A DNA stretch of 64,000 bases, from positions 4,745-68,744 of IMG/VR virus record IMGVR_UViG_3300009184_000043. One strand, written 5' to 3'. The stretch's first letter is position 1. Each line of letters begins with the position of its first letter. Source of the DNA: a virus. The translations under genes were made by a program, and so were the position numbers. Shown here one piece after another: positions 23,663 through 35,900 of this stretch. The notes under the pieces were generated by a model. The model searched no databases. It worked only from the letters and a program-made list of their open reading frames with translations, and was not told the DNA's origin.

Positions 23663-24771
23663 TGCTAGATTTTCCAAAAATAAAGAGAGTAATTTTTATT
23701 ACCGATACTCACTTAGGTGTAAGAAACAATTCTAACGATTGGATCGAAATACACGAGGACTATTTTAAGAACTGGTTTATACCATTATGTAAGAAGATTT
23801 ATAGACCGGGTGATTGTTTAGTTCATCTTGGCGATGTTTACGATAGTAGACAATCATTAAATCTTAGGGTACTTAATCTTGGAATAGAAATTTTCGAGGA
23901 ATTATCCGGCATTTTTAAAGATGGTATCTTTATAATATGCGGAAATCACGACATCTATGGTAAAAATACCAACGAGGTCAACTCTTTAAAATCTTTAAAA
24001 TGGATACCAAAGATTAAAATATTCGAGGAACCAGAGACAATACAAATGGGTCCTAAGAAAGTTTTTCTAATGCCATGGAGAAAGGATCACGAAGCAGAAA
24101 GGGAAACATTATCTCAAGCGAAAACCCATGATTATATGTTCTGCCATACAGATCTAAAAGGGCTTATGTTCAATAAGTTTGTTAGAATTGAAGCAGGGCT
24201 TGAATATTCAGATATGGATAAATTTGAAAGAGTTTATTCTGGGCATATTCATTTCTCTCAGACATTTGGTAAAATGAGAATGCTAGGATCCCCGTATCAA
24301 CTAACAAGATCTGATACAGATAATGCTAAAGGTATAACTGTTTTGGACCTAGAGACAGGATTTGAAGAATACTACGAAAACAATTATTCTCCAAGATTTG
24401 TTAGGATGTCATTCGAACAAATATTGAATTCTACGCCTTCAGAGCTAAATCCAATTTTTAAAAATAATTTTATCGACATATTAGTAGATCCAGAAGTTGC
24501 AGTTAAAGCACCACTTGGATTATTAACAGAATATGTAAATCCCCCGCTTAAAATTTCTTTCACTCCTATTACTAGCAACGATCATGAAGTTGTAGACGAA
24601 GGATTTCACGATCTAGAGGGTAAGAGCTTTTCTATATTAGATCTTACACAGTTATATCTAGATAAATGTAATTACGAGGACGATAAGAAAACTAAGATTT
24701 ATAAAGCAATAGAAAAACTTTTACACAAGGTTTCAGTCAAAGTAGAAGAAGATGAAGATACAGAAGATTGA
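23662..24771 (+). CDS. Recombination nuclease (T4 gp47/SbcD/Mre11)
   Basis: DTHLG, GDVYD, GNHD, SGHIH phosphoesterase motifs. Confidence 0.92.
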   Translation: MLDFPKIKRVIFITDTHLGVRNNSNDWIEIHEDYFKNWFIPLCKKIYRPGDCLVHLGDVYDSRQSLNLRVLNLGIEIFEELSGIFKDGIFIICGNHDIYGKNTNEVNSLKSLKWIPKIKIFEEPETIQMGPKKVFLMPWRKDHEAERETLSQAKTHDYMFCHTDLKGLMFNKFVRIEAGLEYSDMDKFERVYSGHIHFSQTFGKMRMLGSPYQLTRSDTDNAKGITVLDLETGFEEYYENNYSPRFVRMSFEQILNSTPSELNPIFKNNFIDILVDPEVAVKAPLGLLTEYVNPPLKISFTPITSNDHEVVDEGFHDLEGKSFSILDLTQLYLDKCNYEDDKKTKIYKAIEKLLHKVSVKVEEDEDTED

Positions 24772-26419
24772 GTGGAGAAACGTTGCCTCTTATGGTAATA
24801 AGACCCAGATTTTAGAATTACCGGAAAAATCTGGACTTATACAGGTTGTAGGTGAAAATGGTGTTGGTAAATCAACTATTTCCGATGTTATTACTTTCGG
24901 TCTATATGGTAAATTAGAAGGGAAAAAACTAAAGGATATTCCCAATAGATCTAATAAATCTGCATGGATGAAAATAACATTCGAGCAGGATGGTAGAATA
25001 TATGAGGTTGAGAGGGGTTTAGACCCATCTCTTTTTCAGCTTTCGATAGATGGGAATATCTATGATCAAGCAGGTAAGGATAATGTACAGGACTTTCTAT
25101 CTAATGACATATTAAAGATACCATACTACGTATTTAATAACACTATATCATTATCAATTAACGATTTTAAAAGCTTTCTCAAGATGAGCACAGCTGATAA
25201 GAAATTAATTATTGATAAGATCTTTGGGTTTTATATTCTAAACGAAATGAGAGATATTCTCAAAGAAGAAACAAAGAATATTAAATCATCAATAGACAGG
25301 TTATCTGGTGAGATATTTGCAACAGGAAGATCTATAGCAGCTTCTCAAAAAGAACTAGATGAGCTACAACAAAGAATAGTAGAAAACGCAGGATCTGAAA
25401 TAGGAAGTGCAGAGGAAAATTTAGAAAATTACAGAGAGCTACTTAAACTGCATTCAGACAAGCTTAAAGATTTTAGAAGTAAAGAAAATGAAGCTCAGAG
25501 GAACGTAACAAAATCATACGAGATTTTAAGTGATCTTTCCTCTAAAATAAAAGAACTAGATTCTAAAATGAATCTGTATAACAATGAAAAATGCCCCACA
25601 TGTAAATCGGATCTTTCTACAGATTTTCATAAAAACGTATTTGACGATCTATCAAATACAAGGGAAAAATACACAGACGATCTCAAGGATTTAAAGAAGA
25701 ATTACGAGGATGCTAAAAAGGTACAATCAGATTTAGCAACTATTAAAAATGATTTATTTACCAAGGGAGGAAAGATTGAGAGTGCAATAAGAACTTTACA
25801 AGATAAATTAAAAACACTTAAGACTGCCAAGAATAATGATCAGTTAAATTCTATACGTAAACTATTAAATTCTGCTAATGATGATCTATCAAATTTTAGT
25901 CAGGAAAAAACCGTATGGGAAGAAAGACAAATATGGGTTAAGACCTTAGATGAAGTATTAAGCGAGAAGGGCGTTAAGCAGCTCGCTATTAAGTCTATTC
26001 TCCCCTCGCTTAATAATGAGATACTTAATACACTTCTATCGCTTCATTTGCCTTATAAAGTGGTATTTAACGAGGAATTTAATGCTCAGATATTTCATAT
26101 GGGGGAAGAGATATCTTCACAGACATTATCAACTGGAGAAATGAAAAAAGTTGACTTTGCAGTACTTGTAGCAATCATCAAGTTGATGAAAATCAGATTC
26201 TCGTCAGTTAATATATTATTCCTTGACGAGATATTTAGCTCTGTAGATCCTGATGGAGTTCACAGCATACTAAATACATTAAGAAAATTATCTGATGATT
26301 TAAGTATGAACATTTTTGTAATTAATCATGCTCCGATGCCCACAGAGATATTCGATTACAAAATAGAAATATCAAAGAAGAACAATTTCTCGGATATTGC
26401 TTTTGAAAAGTTATCTTAA
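24752..26419 (+). CDS. Recombination ATPase (T4 gp46/SbcC/Rad50)
   Basis: GENGVGKS, CPTC hook, LSTGE, LFLDE. Confidence 0.93.
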   Translation: MKIQKIEWRNVASYGNKTQILELPEKSGLIQVVGENGVGKSTISDVITFGLYGKLEGKKLKDIPNRSNKSAWMKITFEQDGRIYEVERGLDPSLFQLSIDGNIYDQAGKDNVQDFLSNDILKIPYYVFNNTISLSINDFKSFLKMSTADKKLIIDKIFGFYILNEMRDILKEETKNIKSSIDRLSGEIFATGRSIAASQKELDELQQRIVENAGSEIGSAEENLENYRELLKLHSDKLKDFRSKENEAQRNVTKSYEILSDLSSKIKELDSKMNLYNNEKCPTCKSDLSTDFHKNVFDDLSNTREKYTDDLKDLKKNYEDAKKVQSDLATIKNDLFTKGGKIESAIRTLQDKLKTLKTAKNNDQLNSIRKLLNSANDDLSNFSQEKTVWEERQIWVKTLDEVLSEKGVKQLAIKSILPSLNNEILNTLLSLHLPYKVVFNEEFNAQIFHMGEEISSQTLSTGEMKKVDFAVLVAIIKLMKIRFSSVNILFLDEIFSSVDPDGVHSILNTLRKLSDDLSMNIFVINHAPMPTEIFDYKIEISKKNNFSDIAFEKLS

Positions 26420-26441
26420 ATCCCCTTCGGATATATAAAAC

Positions 26442-26861
26442 ATGGCAGAAGTATATCCAGCAGGTACCACATCGATTAGAAATCTTACACCAAGATACAA
26501 TTACTTCCTGGTAGTAAAACCTGATTCATTAGTAGACGATATTCCACAAAAAGAGTATTTTGTTTACAGATTTAAAGTATCTGTTTCTTCGAGTGATGGG
26601 GTAAGATATTTAAAATCTTATTTTATAGGAGTATCTTTAATAGAGTGTAGATCTTTATCCGATGTAGAATATGCAACTGGTAATTTTCAACATCCAGATT
26701 ACACTAACAGCAACATGACTCCTCTAACATTTAAGATGAGAGATATTCCAATCTATTTACAATCAGCAGTAGGTATAATAAATCTTAATAAAGATCCATA
26801 CCAATATGGAAGCAAACCAATCATTATCGATAGTACTTCCGTAATATTAGACAATAATTAA
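26442..26861 (+). CDS. Hypothetical late protein
   Basis: 139-aa ORF behind GATATATA 26430. Confidence 0.55.
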   Translation: MAEVYPAGTTSIRNLTPRYNYFLVVKPDSLVDDIPQKEYFVYRFKVSVSSSDGVRYLKSYFIGVSLIECRSLSDVEYATGNFQHPDYTNSNMTPLTFKMRDIPIYLQSAVGIINLNKDPYQYGSKPIIIDSTSVILDNN

Positions 26862-26862
26862 T

Positions 26863-27699
26863 ATGAATTTTTTAGAAAAATTTAATACGGACGACGTATT
26901 CTTTAGAGGTATTATCTTAGGGTTACTTAGTAAACTGAACGAGACTATAACTTATACTCAGGTCAATTCAGACCAAAGCAGTAGTACTATATACATCCCT
27001 TTTTTCTACTCTATGGTAGGAGATGAGCCATTCTTACAGGATTTCTATTTATCTTATGAAGATTGCGACGGTAATCCTGCTTTTGCTGAAGGTAACTACG
27101 ATGTTGTACCTAGGGGAATATTGGAAATGGGTGCAATAAGAATAGACACAGGAGGAGCGACTACTAAATATGTAAGGGCTTCTTATGTAAAAGAAGTCGA
27201 AAAAGGAAGTGGTAGCGAAATGGTTACTTATTCTTCTTACTTAAATCCTATACCTTTAGGAATACAGATAAGTGCAAAAATAAAAGCAGATACCACAGTG
27301 GATGCTTTTAAAATACAACAGAGCGTTCTAGAAATACTTTATAAAAGATTCCAATATTTCTTCTATTACAAAGGATTTAGAGTACCTGTTCAGGTTAGCT
27401 TACAAGATTCTCCTCCAGATAAACAGCCTAACAATTTTCAAATGTCTTACGGATCACAGAGAGGTGAAGCAATAACACTTAGTTTCTCTATGGACCTAGA
27501 GACTTATCTTCCACAGTTAGATCTTACGACAGAAAGATTTAGAGGAAACTTAATGCAAGGAGGAATAAAATTAAATGTTGAATTAGGTACTGCTCCGCCA
27601 GACAATAGTACAATTATAAGTGGACTTGGAATTTATGATATTAATAAGGACATCACAGGTGTGACTGGAGCAACGGGTCAAGCTCCTTATAATCCTTAA
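26863..27699 (+). CDS. Tail terminator/sheath stabiliser (gp15-like)
   Basis: IPF, VPR, P-I-P, QSVLEIL pattern; next to neck gene. Confidence 0.55.
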   Translation: MNFLEKFNTDDVFFRGIILGLLSKLNETITYTQVNSDQSSSTIYIPFFYSMVGDEPFLQDFYLSYEDCDGNPAFAEGNYDVVPRGILEMGAIRIDTGGATTKYVRASYVKEVEKGSGSEMVTYSSYLNPIPLGIQISAKIKADTTVDAFKIQQSVLEILYKRFQYFFYYKGFRVPVQVSLQDSPPDKQPNNFQMSYGSQRGEAITLSFSMDLETYLPQLDLTTERFRGNLMQGGIKLNVELGTAPPDNSTIISGLGIYDINKDITGVTGATGQAPYNP

Positions 27700-28019
27700 G
27701 AATTTAGCATCTGATCCTCGTTATTAGGAGTTTCTTCAGTTTCTTTTATTTTTTCAGGTTCTATCTCCTCAATACCAGAATCTTTAGATTTTCTGTATCC
27801 TAAAAGTGTTGCTCCTATAGATATCATAATAATAGATTGTGTTAAAATATCTACACTCTTATCAAGAAACATTTTATCTATACATCCAAGAAAAAAACAA
27901 ACACCTCCAATAAATACAATATAAAGTCCCGCCGTACCACTTCCTGATGTTTTACCGTCGGAATTTGAAGTAAGTTGACCGAAGCTAAACCTGTCCATTG
28001 CTGCTCTTAATTTTTTCAT
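27696..28019 (-). CDS. Two-TM membrane protein, holin-like
   Basis: Two hydrophobic segments and a charged C-terminus. Confidence 0.5.
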   Translation of the reverse strand: MKKLRAAMDRFSFGQLTSNSDGKTSGSGTAGLYIVFIGGVCFFLGCIDKMFLDKSVDILTQSIIMISIGATLLGYRKSKDSGIEEIEPEKIKETEETPNNEDQMLNS

Positions 28020-28058
28020 AACATTTTTACTGATATATATTACAAACAGAAAGCCAAA

Positions 28059-30251
28059 ATGGCAGAACTAATAGAATTTACATCAATCGGCAATTATAGG
28101 ATAATCTCCTACAACGATTCATTTAAGAACGTACAAAGTTTTAATGGATGGATTATAGATGCTAGTGGAGAGAATCCTCCTAGTATTTTTCTTTATCTGG
28201 AATTCAGATGGAGTATTAATGGAGATAACTGGTCATTGTGGAGTGAGCTAACAGAACAAGCAGTACAGGCTCTTCCTATATCTCCGGCAAATCCCCTATG
28301 GATAGAAATAAGATTAACTGCTGCTTCAGATGAAAATTCTAGCCCTTATTTTCCCCCAGGAACTAATTTAAGTCCTCCAATAATATTAAATGATTTTGAG
28401 CTGGATTTAACTTATGCTACTGTGGATCCTAGAGATCTAATGACAGCACCGCCTGCACCAATTTGTGGAAGAGAGCTAACTAACTATCCTATAGTTTTTA
28501 GCGATTGTGATTTTACATTTAGACCTTATGATATAAACAGAGCAATAAATCTCTATCAGGATCTAAGTAAGGTTGTAAATAATGTTTTTGGCCACGAGGT
28601 GGTGTATTATTCAGTACAACCACAAGGTAGAGGAAAAGATGTTCTATTAAAAGAGTATACATTATTTGACGTTGTTGATGAGAAATGCGTGAAGGTAATG
28701 GTGCCTAATAACCAATTCCCGGATGCAGCTTTAACATTTGAAACCTGGGGATTAAATTTTAACCAGCCTTTTGAAATTCATATAGATAGAAAATATTTTG
28801 AAGGGATTTTTGGTAAGGGATCTCAGCCAAGAAAGAGGGATATTATTTATTTTCCTAGAACTAATAGAATCTACCGTATAGATTCAATGTACGTTTTTAG
28901 AGACATAAATAACTATCCAGTATATTTTAAAATACAATTAGTAAAATACGATGTTCAAAAGAACACAACATTTACTGATGCTGTGGATGGAACTGGATTA
29001 CTCGATTACACAGTAAACACAAAGGATTTATTTGGCGAAGAAGTGAAAAATCAAGAAACTGACGCAACTAAGCCACAGCAATATGCGGTTACATCACAGA
29101 GAAGATTAGAAGATCCTACAAGATCATACATAAATAAAGATCTACCTATTATCGAATATGATCTAAATAACAACTGGACAATAGTATTTAATAATTATTA
29201 TGATCTAGATAAGATATTTGTAGATGATCCAAACACTATAGATCCTGTGTCTCCTGCTTCTGGATGGACTGACGAAGAAAGAGATGCTGTTAGATGGAAA
29301 GCAGATCCTGTTCTTACTGATGCAGATGAAAGATCATTTATGTGCTGGTTTAGAACTAGAAATTATCTGGACAGAAGTAAATTAGTTCCTAAGCCTTCAC
29401 CTAAATTACCAATTTCAATAGATAACATAGGAAGTGGAGAAATAACTTATACAACATATCCTATACCTCACAATTTTCACATTAGGCCTAATCCTAATGG
29501 TTATGTTTCTATCCTAGGAGACTCAATCAGATCTGGTGGTTTTGAAATACTAAATATTGTAGATGGATTTAGATTTACTGTTAAGGACGGAGGCGCAGCA
29601 TCACCAGTTACTACTGCTGGATGGAAAGCACAGAAAGCACAGTCTAGAATATTGTTTGATGGTTATTATAATGGGCAGGGATTATATCTAGATTTCATTT
29701 GGAGCGGATCAAATTCTGTTGGAAGCCCAACTACTAATAACTACCTACAAACAGGTAGTTTTAGAATAAGGATAAATAACTTAGAGATATCTTCTCCTTT
29801 TGGAGAAGGTATAGCAAGCACATTAGGTTCTTTTATACCTAGCGTTGATGATTGGTTTGGATTCGTTTTTAATTTTTCTAACGTTTTTAGACAATACTCA
29901 ATAAAGGTGTGGAAGTTAACTTATGATCCAGAGAATCCAACAACTCAAACTTCGGATTTGAGCTTAGTCCATTCTTTGGATGGGGTAACAACTCAGGCAT
30001 ATACATTTAATATACCGCCTGTTATAGAAGAAAATTATGATAGTCCTTTTTATGGAACTAATAATTATGCTTACAAAACTAGATCTTGTCCTTTATGGGC
30101 AACGAACTTTAGATTTTTTAAATATATGGTAGAAGAGGAAAAACAGTCAACAATTCTAAATCAAAATATAATAGATGATGCTCAGTTGGGTATTATTATA
30201 GACAATGCTAAACCAGTACTGAAACTTCCAAAAGTTGCCAGAAACAGATAA
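28059..30251 (+). CDS. Neck protein (gp14-like core with extra domains)
   Basis: FGHEVVYY, WGL, PRKRDIIYFP motifs. Confidence 0.6.
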   Translation: MAELIEFTSIGNYRIISYNDSFKNVQSFNGWIIDASGENPPSIFLYLEFRWSINGDNWSLWSELTEQAVQALPISPANPLWIEIRLTAASDENSSPYFPPGTNLSPPIILNDFELDLTYATVDPRDLMTAPPAPICGRELTNYPIVFSDCDFTFRPYDINRAINLYQDLSKVVNNVFGHEVVYYSVQPQGRGKDVLLKEYTLFDVVDEKCVKVMVPNNQFPDAALTFETWGLNFNQPFEIHIDRKYFEGIFGKGSQPRKRDIIYFPRTNRIYRIDSMYVFRDINNYPVYFKIQLVKYDVQKNTTFTDAVDGTGLLDYTVNTKDLFGEEVKNQETDATKPQQYAVTSQRRLEDPTRSYINKDLPIIEYDLNNNWTIVFNNYYDLDKIFVDDPNTIDPVSPASGWTDEERDAVRWKADPVLTDADERSFMCWFRTRNYLDRSKLVPKPSPKLPISIDNIGSGEITYTTYPIPHNFHIRPNPNGYVSILGDSIRSGGFEILNIVDGFRFTVKDGGAASPVTTAGWKAQKAQSRILFDGYYNGQGLYLDFIWSGSNSVGSPTTNNYLQTGSFRIRINNLEISSPFGEGIASTLGSFIPSVDDWFGFVFNFSNVFRQYSIKVWKLTYDPENPTTQTSDLSLVHSLDGVTTQAYTFNIPPVIEENYDSPFYGTNNYAYKTRSCPLWATNFRFFKYMVEEEKQSTILNQNIIDDAQLGIIIDNAKPVLKLPKVARNR

Positions 30252-30254
30252 TTT

Positions 30255-31016
30255 ATGCCAAGAAGAAAACCTAAAAAACAGAATCTTTCAAAGGAACAAG
30301 AGCTTAACCTCAAGGATAAGCTCGATGGTATCATTTTGGCGGACGAAATGCTTGCAGGATTAAGTGCTCCTGATATACCGCCAATGAAGCCTCAAAGGTT
30401 TATAAATGTAGATACAGTTAAAACTGAGGTCGAAGTGGAAGCTAGAGCAATACTAGACTCGCTATCAAAGTTTTATAATGATATGGAAAATCTTCCTGCT
30501 GATAACTATATTAGACACAAACAAAAGATAGACGCATTAAATATTTCAACAATGGCTTTTCAGATAAGAACTGCTCAACATGCTATATCAAAATTAGTTG
30601 AGGAGATAGATTCAGGAAGAATGGAGCCAAGATTATTCGAGGTTCTAGCACAGCTACAAAATCAGATAATGCAAATGCCTAAAAACTTTTCCAATTATAT
30701 GACTCAAATGGAAAAGAACTATAAGCAATTAAAAAGCGAATCTGCAGAGATAAACAAAGAAAATATAGAATTTGATTCAGACGGTAATCTAATACAATCT
30801 AAAGATAATATGGATGCCCTTAAAGTTAGAGGTAACAAATCTTTAATGGAAAATCTACAGAATATCATGAAAAATGGTAGTATGGTTAAGGAGGCAGAAA
30901 TAGTAATGCCGAAAGACAATCTAATAAATCCCAAGACTAAAGACGGGGGAACCTCCGACCTTTTGGGTGGCGACGATGACGAGTACTTTGAAATAGAGGA
31001 CGACATCTTCGAATAA
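30255..31016 (+). CDS. Terminase small subunit (gp16-like)
   Basis: PRLFEVLAQL motif; directly upstream of the large subunit. Confidence 0.65.
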   Translation: MPRRKPKKQNLSKEQELNLKDKLDGIILADEMLAGLSAPDIPPMKPQRFINVDTVKTEVEVEARAILDSLSKFYNDMENLPADNYIRHKQKIDALNISTMAFQIRTAQHAISKLVEEIDSGRMEPRLFEVLAQLQNQIMQMPKNFSNYMTQMEKNYKQLKSESAEINKENIEFDSDGNLIQSKDNMDALKVRGNKSLMENLQNIMKNGSMVKEAEIVMPKDNLINPKTKDGGTSDLLGGDDDEYFEIEDDIFE

Positions 31017-31026
31017 ATATAAAAAT

Positions 31027-32829
31027 ATGGCTGAAGATAAATCAGGTAATAATTATTGGTCGACGGAAAAAGTTGGTACTCTTATCTATAATGCAGAAGA
31101 GCACGGGGTAGACTATAAAGATGTGGACAATCCGTTTCACGAGAATGATCCTGAGCTTAGAAAGGGTAATATTCTTTTTGAATATACCGAATGGGAATTA
31201 GAGGAAATGCAAAGATGCGCCGCTGATGTTGTTTATTTTGCTAACAAGTATTGTCACGTTATGACTGATGAGGGCATTAGACAAATACAGCTTAGAGATT
31301 ATCAAATACAAATTCTAAATCAATACCAGTTCCACAGGAAAAACGTTTTCGTTTCTCCTAGACAATCTGGTAAAACTATTACATCATCTATATTTCTTCT
31401 TTGGTTCCTACTATTTAACTACGAGAAAAATGCCATGATTATGGCAAATATCGGGGATACAGCTGCAGAGTTAATGGATAAGATCAAAGTTATTATGAAA
31501 GGACTACCTTTCTTCTTAAAGCCTGGTCTAATCGTTTATAATGTGATGACCATGAAGTTTGATAACGGATGTAGAATAATGGCTAAGACGACGACTAAAA
31601 CATCGTCTATCGGTTATACAATCCATATGTTATACATGGATGAGTTCGCTCACATTAATCCTAACTTCATTAATCAATTCTTCAAATCGGTTTATCCCAC
31701 AATATCCTCATCACAGATTGCAAGGGTTATTATTACATCGACCCCAAATGGGATGAATAAATTCTGGGAATTGTATAAAGGCGCAATTGATGGGGAGAAT
31801 GAATTTAACCCAATTAGAGTTGAATGGTGGCAGATTCCCAATAGAGATGAGGAATGGAAGAAAAAGGAGATAGCAGCATTAGGATCAGAAGAAGACTTCA
31901 ATCAAGAATACGGGTGTCAATTTCTTTCTTCATCTAGGTTACTATTAGATTCGCCGACGCTTAAAAGATTAAAAACAAACGAAGAGAGTTTTGTTTTTCA
32001 CGAGCTATCTTCTTTTGAGATGAGTCCTATAGATTATACAAGTCTAGTGTGGCATCCTAAATTCGATCCCGCTTCAATATTTGAAAAGGATGCTCAAAAA
32101 TTTTATATCTCTATAGATACAGCAGGTGGAGGTGGGGGTGACTTTTCTGTAGTTAATATTTTTAAAGTTACTCCTATGCCAACCACCAGCATAAAGAATA
32201 AAAAATTCTTCGAGGATGAAAGTGACTTCTTCTGTTTACTTCAGGTAGGCATTTATAGATCTAATACTGTTCAAATAGACGAGCTTAAAGCATTTGTTGA
32301 AATCTTAGTACTTCATATATTAGGGGAAGAAAATACAAGGATCGTATTGGAGATGGATTATAAAGGTGAATTACTAATGAGTAAATTACTTGATGGTGAA
32401 GATTTTTATGATGAGATGTTTGTTTACACTAAACATTCAGAGGCTACATCTAAATTAAGACCAGGGGTAAAGCTTACGGTAAGAAATAAAGAAAAATTCT
32501 GCTACGATCTTAAAATAAACACAAGATCATATAAAATAATCCCTTCAGAAAAAAATACGATCCATGAATTAACGAATTTTGGTATAAACTCTAATGGAAG
32601 TTTCTCTAGCCAAATAGGTAAGGATGATATAGCAATGACACTAGTTAATCTCAACTGTGTATTCGACAATGGGGATTTTCAAGAAACAGTATCAGAACTA
32701 TATGATGTTATTCCTGAAAAATTTAGAAATCTTATAGAGGAAAGACTAAACGATTCAGTAGAAGAGATACAAAATAGAAATAATGAGATGTCAAACTATA
32801 CTTTCTTGAATGGCCTCCTTGATTCCTAA
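31027..32829 (+). CDS. Terminase large subunit (gp17)
   Basis: LRDYQ, RQSGKT, YMDEFA, STPNG, QEY, nuclease DTAGG...DFS, KDD. Confidence 0.95.
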   Translation: MAEDKSGNNYWSTEKVGTLIYNAEEHGVDYKDVDNPFHENDPELRKGNILFEYTEWELEEMQRCAADVVYFANKYCHVMTDEGIRQIQLRDYQIQILNQYQFHRKNVFVSPRQSGKTITSSIFLLWFLLFNYEKNAMIMANIGDTAAELMDKIKVIMKGLPFFLKPGLIVYNVMTMKFDNGCRIMAKTTTKTSSIGYTIHMLYMDEFAHINPNFINQFFKSVYPTISSSQIARVIITSTPNGMNKFWELYKGAIDGENEFNPIRVEWWQIPNRDEEWKKKEIAALGSEEDFNQEYGCQFLSSSRLLLDSPTLKRLKTNEESFVFHELSSFEMSPIDYTSLVWHPKFDPASIFEKDAQKFYISIDTAGGGGGDFSVVNIFKVTPMPTTSIKNKKFFEDESDFFCLLQVGIYRSNTVQIDELKAFVEILVLHILGEENTRIVLEMDYKGELLMSKLLDGEDFYDEMFVYTKHSEATSKLRPGVKLTVRNKEKFCYDLKINTRSYKIIPSEKNTIHELTNFGINSNGSFSSQIGKDDIAMTLVNLNCVFDNGDFQETVSELYDVIPEKFRNLIEERLNDSVEEIQNRNNEMSNYTFLNGLLDS

Positions 32830-32908
32830 AGAAAGAATGATATATACATAGAAAAAGAAGTCTAAAGAAGCGAACTTCTTCGATATATAAAAAAAATAAA
32901 AATTAGAG

Positions 32909-35900
32909 ATGGCCAAACAAGTTAAACTTGACTTATCACAATTCAAAGCATCTGGTGTTTACACTTTGGAGTTTGATGCTTCGGAAAATATTATAATCAA
33001 TCCACAAACAATTCGTTTGGTTGTTGGTTATTCTAATATTGGACCTTTTAATACTCCAGTATACTGCCCGGACATCACAACTTTTCAAGCAGTTTTTGGA
33101 GGAATTGATAAAGCCCTAGAGAAAAAAGGATCTTTTTTCCATAGATCTGTACTAACATGTTTAGGAAGTGGACCTGTATTTGCATTAAATCTTAGAATAC
33201 TTAATAATACAGTAGATGTAAACGGAGATCCTGATTTTGCTGCTGGTGCTGATGTTGCTAGATATCGTGCATTATCTGTTGATACGGAAGAGCAAAATGG
33301 TAATAATGCAACAGGAGGATATTCAGATCCATTAACAAAACAAGACAAATTAGTATCTTCTTATTACAACAAGGAGAAATTCTGGTTCCCTGATACTAAT
33401 TATTTCTTAGCAACTGAAGATACATCAGGATCAAAACCAGATTCTAGAAAGCTATTTAGCTTAGTTAATATAGGACAAAATCCTGTAAGTGTTATTGTTA
33501 GAAAATCTCTTGACTCACCTTTCCCTTTAAAAGGATTCGATATTACTGCTAGAGAATATTTTGGAGCAGATAACGTGCCTTCTTTCATGAATCAGTACGA
33601 TTATCTTTCTGATTGGTTTATTGATGTAATTGCAATTAGCGGTAACTGGACAGATTACCAAGCTTTAGCAAATGACCCAGTTTACAGTGCATATTTCACT
33701 TCAAAAGGATTCATTAAGGCACAAATTGATAACTTCTTAGCACAAGACGGAATTAATATCGTTACAACAGTAACTGGTACACTTATTCCTAACTTCGTAG
33801 ATCAAAACGGTACTCTTAGATACATTCAGACATTGATTAATAACCAAGCTCAAACAACTGGTATCTTCTGTGCAGTTAACGAAGAAGCTTTAGATGATTT
33901 AGAAAACAACTCTTCAGTAATTGACTTAGTTGGTCACCACTTAGTTGACGAGATTGGACCGGATGCAGATATCACAACAAATCCTAAGAATCTTAATTTC
34001 TTATCGTATAGCCAAAATCTATTTGCAGATTTCACATATTATAAGAACATTGCAGGATCTACTGGAGGTACAGAGATTACAGATACTGGAGTTTCTCCTT
34101 CTACTGGATTTGATATCTTACCAGAAACAGGAACTTTAGCAGAAGATACATTATTTAATGCTACTGGAGATGCTGGTATACCTACAACTCTATGGGACAC
34201 TTACAATGCTTCTAATAGAGATGGCGGAGCTATTTATATCGATACATTATTTACTAACTCTGTAAATCATGACGCTCAGATTACTACATTAAGCTCATTT
34301 GTTACTACTGATAATGATGCTCCTGGAGCTAGATGGGTACTTGGTAAAGTTACATCTAACCTACCAACTCCTGGATATTTAGGATTCTATGCTGGAGATC
34401 TTGTTAAATTAAAAGTAGTAGAAGCTAAAACAATAACTAATTCAACATTACCTGTAGGACAAAGAACACAAATAAGATTAAGATTATCACATCCTCTTGT
34501 TGGTTCTACTGCATCTATAACATACGTTGAGCCTTGGTACGAAACAAACAAAAGTACATTAGATGCTTACCAAATTGGTAGTCCTGACTACTTTGATAAT
34601 GATGACGTTTTCTTCTCACCTGATATTCCAATAGGAACTGATAGCTATTTAGCTTACGAAAACTCCGCAATGTACAGAGACTGGGTAAAAGGTAATATCA
34701 GCGATGGTGATATTGATTGGAAAGATGATACAGGATCACTTCTTCAATATCTTAAGTTTGAAAATAACGTTGATAGAGACGGATTTAATATCCTAGTATG
34801 CAGAGCGTATGCTGATGATACATTTACAACACCAGAAGTTATTGCAACTTGGAACACAACTTATGTTAGTTCGCTTCCTATAGGTACAAACTTAACAACA
34901 GGTTTAAGCTTTAATGTCGTTTCAACTAACGGTAATCTTAGCGATTATGTTGATATTATTACTCAGTTAGCACCTAACATTATTGAAATGACAGTTGCTG
35001 AGGCTAATTCATCGGGTATTAAAGTAGGAGATCTATTAGTTTCTACTGACACTCAGACTTATGATAATCCGTTAACTGAAAATTTACAGTCTAGACTAAC
35101 AAGAGTACTTGAAGTTAAAACTGTAGCTTCTGCTTCTTCACCTGGAGTTTATACAATCCAAGTTAAGACAGAAAGACCTATTCAGCTTTATCCTGGTACA
35201 ACCACAAGAGTATGGAAGTTCAAATCTGTACAAGAGTTTGTTACATCATTCAACTTTACGTATCTACCAGGAGCAGCTATTAAAGCAGCTTCAGTTCCAA
35301 ATGGAACAGATGTAAGAATGAATGCTATTTTAGATGTACTTTACAATACTAACTTAGCTAGAACTCTTGCAGACACTGACGTTATTACATTCAGATATGT
35401 GGTAGATACATTTGACGGAGGTATTCAACCAAACTGTAAATACCAACTTACAAGACTTGCTAAGAACAGACAAAAATGTATGGCAATCTGTAACGTACCC
35501 TCAATGCAGAAATTCTCAGAATCACAAGATCCTAGATTTACTTCTGCACCTACTGCAACAGATCCAGCACCAATTTTACAAGCTAGATATATCGCAGACG
35601 GAGGTAATTTAAGTTTAAATCCTTCATTCACATTCTCTCTTCCTGACGAAGATCAAGGAGCTAAATTCTCTGGATTCTTCTCTCCGTTCTTAACGATTAG
35701 AGATAACGGTAAAAACTTAAACGTTCCACCAGCACCATACGTATCTAATAACTTCATCCGTAAGTTTATCACAGGTGAACCTTATTCAATCGTAGCAGGT
35801 GTTAAAAGAGGTATTATTTCAGCTGGTAACTTAGTTGGACTTGAGTATGACTTCGATCTTCAAGATAGAGAATACTTAGAGCCATTTGGTATCAACCCAA

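Noticed and set aside
20441-32829. Inteins or introns in UvsX, helicase or terminase
   Set aside because: Protein lengths are normal and motifs are contiguous.
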